Assembly (NCBI GenBank): GCA_048939995.1
Contig: JBHLOY010000009.1
Span: 32,001-96,000 of the forward strand
DNA: 64,000 nucleotides
Direction of reading: 5' to 3'
Origin: Promethearchaeota archaeon
Lineage (GTDB): Archaea; Asgardarchaeota; Lokiarchaeia; Sigyniarchaeales; SOKP01
The notes under the pieces are model-generated. The model had not been told where the DNA came from. It was given only the letters and a program-made list of their open reading frames with translations, and did not search any database. Position 1 is the stretch's first letter, and each line of letters opens with the position of its first letter. A program made the position numbers and the translations under genes. Positions 58,579-64,000 of this stretch are shown piece after piece.

Positions 58579-60315
58579 ATGTCAGATGAATTTGATAAAA
58601 ATTTAATCCAGCAAGTTATTGATTCTAATGAGTTTAAAGCATGGTTAATTTCCAAAAGATGGTTTGGAGATAAAACATTATTGTCAAACTTGGATTTTAA
58701 AATTAATTTGAAATATTTTGAATTTATAGTAGAAAGAATCTTTATTACTGTAATTTCTATAGAGAAAAATAATTATTCTAAATCTTACTTCCTTCCTTTA
58801 ATATATTACCATAAAATAATGGATATTCTTGATCCTGTTGAAAATATCAGAGGAAATGTTGTAAGATTAACGGAGAAAACCTTTAGTAAGATTCTGATCA
58901 GAAACATTACTGAAGAGGGGCAAAACAATGTGTTTCCAGTTAATTTGATTGAAGCTGAATACTGTCTTTTCTTCTGGAAAAAATTATTATTTGATAAACA
59001 TATCTCTGAATATTTTCCTTCAATGTCATTAGATTTAACTTTATACACTGAACAATTTCAAGATGAGCCCAACATGAAACAAGTTCAGAATCTTATCGAA
59101 GCAAGCTTATATCGAGACAGATTCGAATTATCATTAGAGCAATTAGGAGGAGGAAATACTACAAATCTTTTATTTCTCCTCAGCATTAAAAATTTAAACA
59201 TTCCAAATTCTATACCAATTTCATATGTAGTAAAATCTTATAAGGAATTCCGTGAAAGTTTTGAACCTAGAATATTATTTGTGTTAGTTAAAAATAAATT
59301 TCCTAATGCTCCAAAAATATATGGAACATTAAAATTTCATGAAAAAGATACAATAGGGATTCTCCAAAATGTACCTAATTTAGGTAACGTAGGAGATATT
59401 TATTGGAATGATCTAAATAATATGATTTATAAAGTTTTTAGGGATATAAATGAGGATTATAGTTATTTAGATAATAAAGAAAAGATGTCAGAAATAATTT
59501 ACCAAAATTGTTCTGAATCTCTAAAAGTCTCAGAAAAAATCGGTGTCCATATAAAAGAATTGCATAAGGCTCTTGTTCTCCCTGATCGAGAAGACTTTAA
59601 TAAAGAAACTGTTGATAGTGAAAATTTTCTCGAGCAGTATACAAATAAGTTGAATTCTATGATAATGGCGATTCAGTCTAAAATGAAGGAAAAATCAGAA
59701 AGTTCATTCTTTAAATCTCCAAAAATAAGTTCTATTCTGATAGATATTAGAGATATTATTGAGAAATTCAGATCAGAATTTAGAGTTCCAGAAATAGACA
59801 TCCAACCGGTGCATCAAGATTTACATATGCAACAAATTCTTTATAATAAAATTAATGGAGAGTATCAATTTTATTTTATTGATTTTGAGGGTGATCCTCA
59901 ATTAACTCCTGAAGAAAAAAAACACAAATTTCCTATTGAAAAAGATCTAGCCTCATTTTTAAGGTCTTTAAGTTATATAAAATTCAATACAATACTTAAC
60001 TTCATAGAACAAAGGATTATAGATCACAATAAATTTGAGGTAGCAGAAGAATTTTTATTTAGCACTTATTTTAGGAAAGCTTCAAAAATAAGCCTAAAAC
60101 ATAAAATTCTTGAAATTATTTTAAAATTACTCAGTAGTTGGGAATTAAAATTAATGGGAAAACTTTTTGAGGAGGGAGAAAAATTACATTTTACATTGAT
60201 CAATTATTTTACGATTGAGCGCGCTCTTCACGAATTAGATTATGAATTATTATTTAGGCCAAATAAAACTATTGTCCCAATTTTGGGTTTAAAAGAAATC
60301 ATAGATAAATATTAA
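58579..60315 (+). CDS. Maltokinase (Mak/Pep2)-like kinase
   Basis: N-cap WL.SKRWFGDK; LHKAL; HQDLHMQQIL; IDFEGDP; DLASFLRSLSY; ELDYEL..RP. Confidence 0.8.
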   Translation: MSDEFDKNLIQQVIDSNEFKAWLISKRWFGDKTLLSNLDFKINLKYFEFIVERIFITVISIEKNNYSKSYFLPLIYYHKIMDILDPVENIRGNVVRLTEKTFSKILIRNITEEGQNNVFPVNLIEAEYCLFFWKKLLFDKHISEYFPSMSLDLTLYTEQFQDEPNMKQVQNLIEASLYRDRFELSLEQLGGGNTTNLLFLLSIKNLNIPNSIPISYVVKSYKEFRESFEPRILFVLVKNKFPNAPKIYGTLKFHEKDTIGILQNVPNLGNVGDIYWNDLNNMIYKVFRDINEDYSYLDNKEKMSEIIYQNCSESLKVSEKIGVHIKELHKALVLPDREDFNKETVDSENFLEQYTNKLNSMIMAIQSKMKEKSESSFFKSPKISSILIDIRDIIEKFRSEFRVPEIDIQPVHQDLHMQQILYNKINGEYQFYFIDFEGDPQLTPEEKKHKFPIEKDLASFLRSLSYIKFNTILNFIEQRIIDHNKFEVAEEFLFSTYFRKASKISLKHKILEIILKLLSSWELKLMGKLFEEGEKLHFTLINYFTIERALHELDYELLFRPNKTIVPILGLKEIIDKY

Positions 60316-60924
60316 TTATTCTAATTCAGATATTTTAGCAAATTCAAATGAATAATGTGATGATGATCTGTTTACAGGTTGGATTTCATTCTTATATTTA
60401 GCTCTTAAACTTTTATTTCCTTTCATTTCTTCTTCAATATAGCTTAGGTTCATTTCTTTATTATGATAAATTCTCCATAAAAATGATTCTACAAACTTTT
60501 GTGGCCCAAATTCTTTTGTAACTAATAGATAATTTTCTTCATCAATGAATTTTCTAAAGAATCCTAAATTATCACAAAATTCTAATTTATAAACAATATC
60601 CTCTTCTTTCCCATTTATTCGCGCAATATCATTAATAAAACGAGCCAATTTATCTCCTAATCTTATTTGCTCTTGCTCATCAGTATTATCAATTAATTTT
60701 TTCACATAGCTTCTTTTAATAATTATAAAGTCTCGATTATTTAATGATTTAATTGAACCTCTCTGCTTTATTATAAACTTTGACATATCTAGATAATTCC
60801 TTATTAAATCAGCTTTCGAAAGACCTAATCTTTCTTTCATTCTATTTAAATTATTGTTTAAATATTGATCTATTCTAATTGTAATTACATCTTGATTGGA
60901 ATTTGACATCCTTTTTTGACTCAA
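60316..60924 (-). CDS. Ribbon-helix-helix (CopG-like) DNA-binding protein with C-terminal domain
   Basis: DVITIRID...LNRMKERLGLSKADLIRNYL. Confidence 0.75.
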   Translation of the reverse strand: MSQKRMSNSNQDVITIRIDQYLNNNLNRMKERLGLSKADLIRNYLDMSKFIIKQRGSIKSLNNRDFIIIKRSYVKKLIDNTDEQEQIRLGDKLARFINDIARINGKEEDIVYKLEFCDNLGFFRKFIDEENYLLVTKEFGPQKFVESFLWRIYHNKEMNLSYIEEEMKGNKSLRAKYKNEIQPVNRSSSHYSFEFAKISELE

Positions 60925-61537
60925 TTTTTATACATACCTTAATTTTTAATTGTTTATTTTGTAACATTATGTAATCAAAGTAACTTAAAAAGTTTAACGC
61001 ATATTTTTGAATTTTTTTCAGCATTCTTAATAGTACAAACTTATTTAGTTTTTTTATCTTGTAGAATTAAAGCGGAATTTATACAAATCTCTTGTCTAGA
61101 GGCATTTTATTGATTAAATAGTGCCTATATTAAAAGATAATAGAGATGTTATATACTTTTTCAAAACTATTTTTTACAAAAATTGAAAAAAACATGAAAT
61201 TAATTTCGGTTTAAAACATAATATATTAAATAGATGATATTTTAACTAAATTACAAAGGCTAAAAAAGAAGTTTGAATTAAATTTAGGAATATATAAAAA
61301 AAAGCTTAGGGGAAAGACTAGTATGACAAATTTAACACAATATAATTTGGATCATTGATATCAATCTTCATTTTAATGATATAAAATATTTTTAAGATCA
61401 TATGTAACTAAAAGTAAACTATTGAAGTCAAAAGTATTAGGATGAATATAAGATTAGACTTAAAAGCATAATTAGATTTACTTTTTTTGTACCCAAATGA
61501 TAAAAAAATTGCCATTATTAAGGGTTGAATTGAGATA

Positions 61538-61894
61538 GTGCAAATAACAGAAAATTTAGGTCAAAATCCAGAAATAGATTCTTCTTTAAAGTTAGAATTA
61601 GTTGATAGTGATACAGGATCAATTACAATTGAGTCAGATGGTAAAATTGAGTTAATAGCAAAGGCGCTTTCATCAGAAACTCGACGCTCGATTCTTCATC
61701 AAATTCAAATACACCAAGAAGGGATGGATGTATCCAATATAGCCGCAAATTTAAATATGACAGAGGCTAATATATCTGCTCAAATTAAAAAGCTGGAAGA
61801 AGCAGGTTTGATTGATTGTGATTATTGTTCAGGGAATCATGGGGTAAGAAAAATAAGTAAATTGAAATATTGCCAAATAAGTATCAAATTTTGA
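61538..61894 (+). CDS. ArsR family transcriptional regulator
   Basis: AKALSSETRRSIL...VSNIAANLNMTEANISAQIKKLEEAGLI. Confidence 0.88.
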   Translation: MQITENLGQNPEIDSSLKLELVDSDTGSITIESDGKIELIAKALSSETRRSILHQIQIHQEGMDVSNIAANLNMTEANISAQIKKLEEAGLIDCDYCSGNHGVRKISKLKYCQISIKF

Positions 61895-61909
61895 TTCTTA
61901 TTCTTATAT

Positions 61910-63052
61910 TTATAAAAAATGAGATATAAGGGTATTTTTAATTCTTTCAAAATGACCTAGGTTTACTTTTAGTAAGTCATTAAGAGCCTCGTTAAGACCT
62001 GCTTTTTCAATTTTCTTTGTAATTCTATAATAAGGACTTTTTTTCAATTTTGCAATTAAAAGTTTATTGGTTTCAATTGAGTCAAAAAGAAAATCTCTGG
62101 CTTTTATCACATCTACATTTAAAATTCTCTGAATAATTGTTAGTAACATGGCATCAAATGTAATTCTTAGGATAATTTCTCTGTCAAATTCTGTTTTTTT
62201 AGGAAATAAGTAGTCTTTAAGGAGTGAAATTGATTCTTTAAAAAGATCTATTGAATCGCTTCCCAAACTTTCTATTTTATCTTTAAAATCAGTATTATTC
62301 AAAGCAGTTAAACAGATTGCGGATAAAACTTGATATTCTGCGATAAAATGAATAAATCTGGCTTTTGCATTTAGGACCGTATCTTTAGAATCTTCTGCCT
62401 CAGTAAGTAGATTTCCTAAATTATCAAGAGATTTTCTAAAGTAGGTGGATATTGTATAAAATTTATCAGAGGCTTCTTCAAATGCTTTACTTTCTAATAA
62501 TAATTGAGCTTTTTTTTCTTCTTGTTGATATAGTTCATCAAATTTATTAATTTTCATAACTGCCTTTAATATCAATCGTTTACCTAAATCTTTAGTTAGC
62601 TGAGAACGTTCATAGGTTTGACCTGCTTTCAACAAAAAAATAGAAGCTAAGCTATGATACTCTTCAGGGTCTGCTTTAAGGAAATATTCAGAAGCACTAC
62701 TCCAACTATCACCTGCAGTTTCCCAGTCATTCATTTGAAATGATAGGTTTCCTAGTTGGATCAATAACTTCGCAGAAATTTCGTATAATTTTAATTCTTC
62801 AGTTTTGCGAATAATTGATTTTAATCTATATACCGCTTGGATGTGATTTTTGAACTGTGAAATGATACGAGTAATACGAATAAATATTTCATCCAATTTA
62901 AAATAACTCCCAAGATCTAAGTAGATTTGTGCTGCTTTTTCATATATTTTTATAGCATCATCTCCTTTACCTTTATCAATAAGATTTTCAGCACGATCAA
63001 TTAGTTGAATTGCTTCAATTTCTTTTTCTTCTTTATCTTGATTGTTATACAT
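61910..63052 (-). CDS. All-helical TPR-like / alpha-SNAP-like protein
   Basis: AIKIYEKAAQIYLDLG; GNLSFQMNDWETAGDSWSSASEYFLK...ASIFLLKAGQTYER. Confidence 0.65.
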   Translation of the reverse strand: MYNNQDKEEKEIEAIQLIDRAENLIDKGKGDDAIKIYEKAAQIYLDLGSYFKLDEIFIRITRIISQFKNHIQAVYRLKSIIRKTEELKLYEISAKLLIQLGNLSFQMNDWETAGDSWSSASEYFLKADPEEYHSLASIFLLKAGQTYERSQLTKDLGKRLILKAVMKINKFDELYQQEEKKAQLLLESKAFEEASDKFYTISTYFRKSLDNLGNLLTEAEDSKDTVLNAKARFIHFIAEYQVLSAICLTALNNTDFKDKIESLGSDSIDLFKESISLLKDYLFPKKTEFDREIILRITFDAMLLTIIQRILNVDVIKARDFLFDSIETNKLLIAKLKKSPYYRITKKIEKAGLNEALNDLLKVNLGHFERIKNTLISHFL

Positions 63053-63070
63053 TTGACTTCCATCCTTTAA

Positions 63071-63116
63071 TTAGAAGCCCCTATCAGCCTATAAAATTCC
63101 AGGTGAGGCGTTCTAA
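63071..63116. other. GC-enriched imperfect hairpin in an intergenic region
   Basis: TTAGAA/TTCTAA, GCC/GGC and CCT/AGG complementary blocks around a 10-nt loop. Confidence 0.45.
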
Positions 63117-63193
63117 ATTTTAGATTAAGTAATAATACTATTCTAAAGAAAGAAAGTTTATTTAAGTTTTGATCAAATATATGATATTAATTG

Positions 63194-64000
63194 CTAAAAT
63201 TCATCTAAGAGTTTAATATTACGAGATTTTATAATATTTCTAAATTCAATTGCTTGGTATGTGGAGGCAAAACATTCTTTAGCATCCTCAATTGCTCCAT
63301 AAAAGATGAAATTTGAAAACCAAGATGCTATAAACATAATACTTGCTCTTCGATATCGTGTATGAAACTTTAAATTTAATTTCGGGGATGAGTAATAAAA
63401 TAAAAATAGATTAGGTGCAGTGCCAGTAGGTAATTTTAATGAAGTGCTTATTAGCTGCTGAGTCTCAAGTATATGAGCTAAACTTTCGAGATCAATTACT
63501 CCACCATCAATCCATATTCTTTTTACTCCTAAACCCTTTAAGCCATCAAGAAGGCTTATGTTATTTGGTTGGTTTTTTTCAACTATATAGTTAAATCTCT
63601 GGCTTGATGTCATATTTTTAGCCCCCAATATTAATAATACGATGCTCTCTATCTTATATAATTTAATCAATTCACATTCCTTTTCATTCTTTAGATTTGA
63701 GATTGTGTTATAGATAAACTCCTCTGGTTTGACTCCCCTCTCAATGAGATAGGCAGTACCAGAAGCCCTTGCCTCGAAAGAACCTCCTAATACAAAAGGT
63801 GGTTCAAAATTATCTAAATAAAATTCAAGGTATTTAATCATAGCATCAGGATTATCTGCTGAAATTTCAATCATACTTGGAATTTTATATTGAGTTGATA
63901 AATCTTGTTGATTCTGAATACGTTTTTTTGCTTTTTCTTTATTAAAATTTTTCGTACTGTTTCTTTCTACAATTGATTGTCCTTGATAAAACATAGTCCC
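63194..64000 (-). CDS. MtrH-like (tetrahydromethanopterin/tetrahydrofolate methyltransferase) protein, 5' end outside the window
   Basis: GTMFYQGQSIV...FNKEKA...Q..LS..Y.IP.M...PDAM.KY..F, YNTI, LPTGTAP, FIFYG.IE pattern; frame open at the window edge. Confidence 0.75.
   Translation of the reverse strand, partial: GTMFYQGQSIVERNSTKNFNKEKAKKRIQNQQDLSTQYKIPSMIEISADNPDAMIKYLEFYLDNFEPPFVLGGSFEARASGTAYLIERGVKPEEFIYNTISNLKNEKECELIKLYKIESIVLLILGAKNMTSSQRFNYIVEKNQPNNISLLDGLKGLGVKRIWIDGGVIDLESLAHILETQQLISTSLKLPTGTAPNLFLFYYSSPKLNLKFHTRYRRASIMFIASWFSNFIFYGAIEDAKECFASTYQAIEFRNIIKSRNIKLLDEF

Noticed and set aside
1209-59048. Many short ORFs nested in or antisense to larger genes (e.g. 1209, 3258, 8555, 9003, 12168, 12377, 12465, 18467, 19939, 22844, 23619, 26478, 26708, 27275, 27752, 29551, 30128, 35656, 35698, 36873, 37197, 38090, 38847, 41689, 46993, 48080, 49085, 51572, 54115, 55077, 57949, 58146, 58806)
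   Set aside because: They overlap well-supported genes and have no motifs; treated as shadow ORFs.
60925-61537. Replication origin
   Set aside because: No orc1/cdc6 gene nearby and no recognisable ORB repeats with G-strings.
1-64000. tRNA, rRNA, CRISPR array, IS element or provirus
   Set aside because: I found no cloverleaf or long GC-rich RNA segment, no regularly spaced repeats, and no transposase, integrase or capsid genes by eye.

Overview
A 64-kb, very AT-rich (roughly 30% GC by eye), gene-dense archaeal chromosomal segment. Its content points strongly to Asgard archaea (Lokiarchaeia/Promethearchaeota-like): a Rab-like small GTPase, longin-type domains, a WD40-TIR protein, an alpha-SNAP-like helical protein, GGR/UbiA lipid genes, an MtrH homolog, and TrmB and DUF6125 proteins. 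I saw no rRNA, tRNA, CRISPR array, integrase or transposase. The main candidate system is four paralogous ~750-aa single-pass receptor-like proteins (signal peptide, variable beta-rich ectodomain, TM helix, cytoplasmic longin-like domain, small winged-helix-like tail). They fall into two sequence subtypes; one gene abuts the Rab-like GTPase gene and three are interleaved with sulfate-ester catabolism genes. Other highlights are a 21-repeat WD40-TIR protein, an unannotated histone-H1-like Lys/Pro/Ala microprotein, two genes that seem to start at ATT, a sphingosine-1-phosphate-lyase-like operon, a Stay-Green homolog, an ARPP-1 gene and several candidate operators. All family assignments come from motif recognition by eye; no database searches were run.
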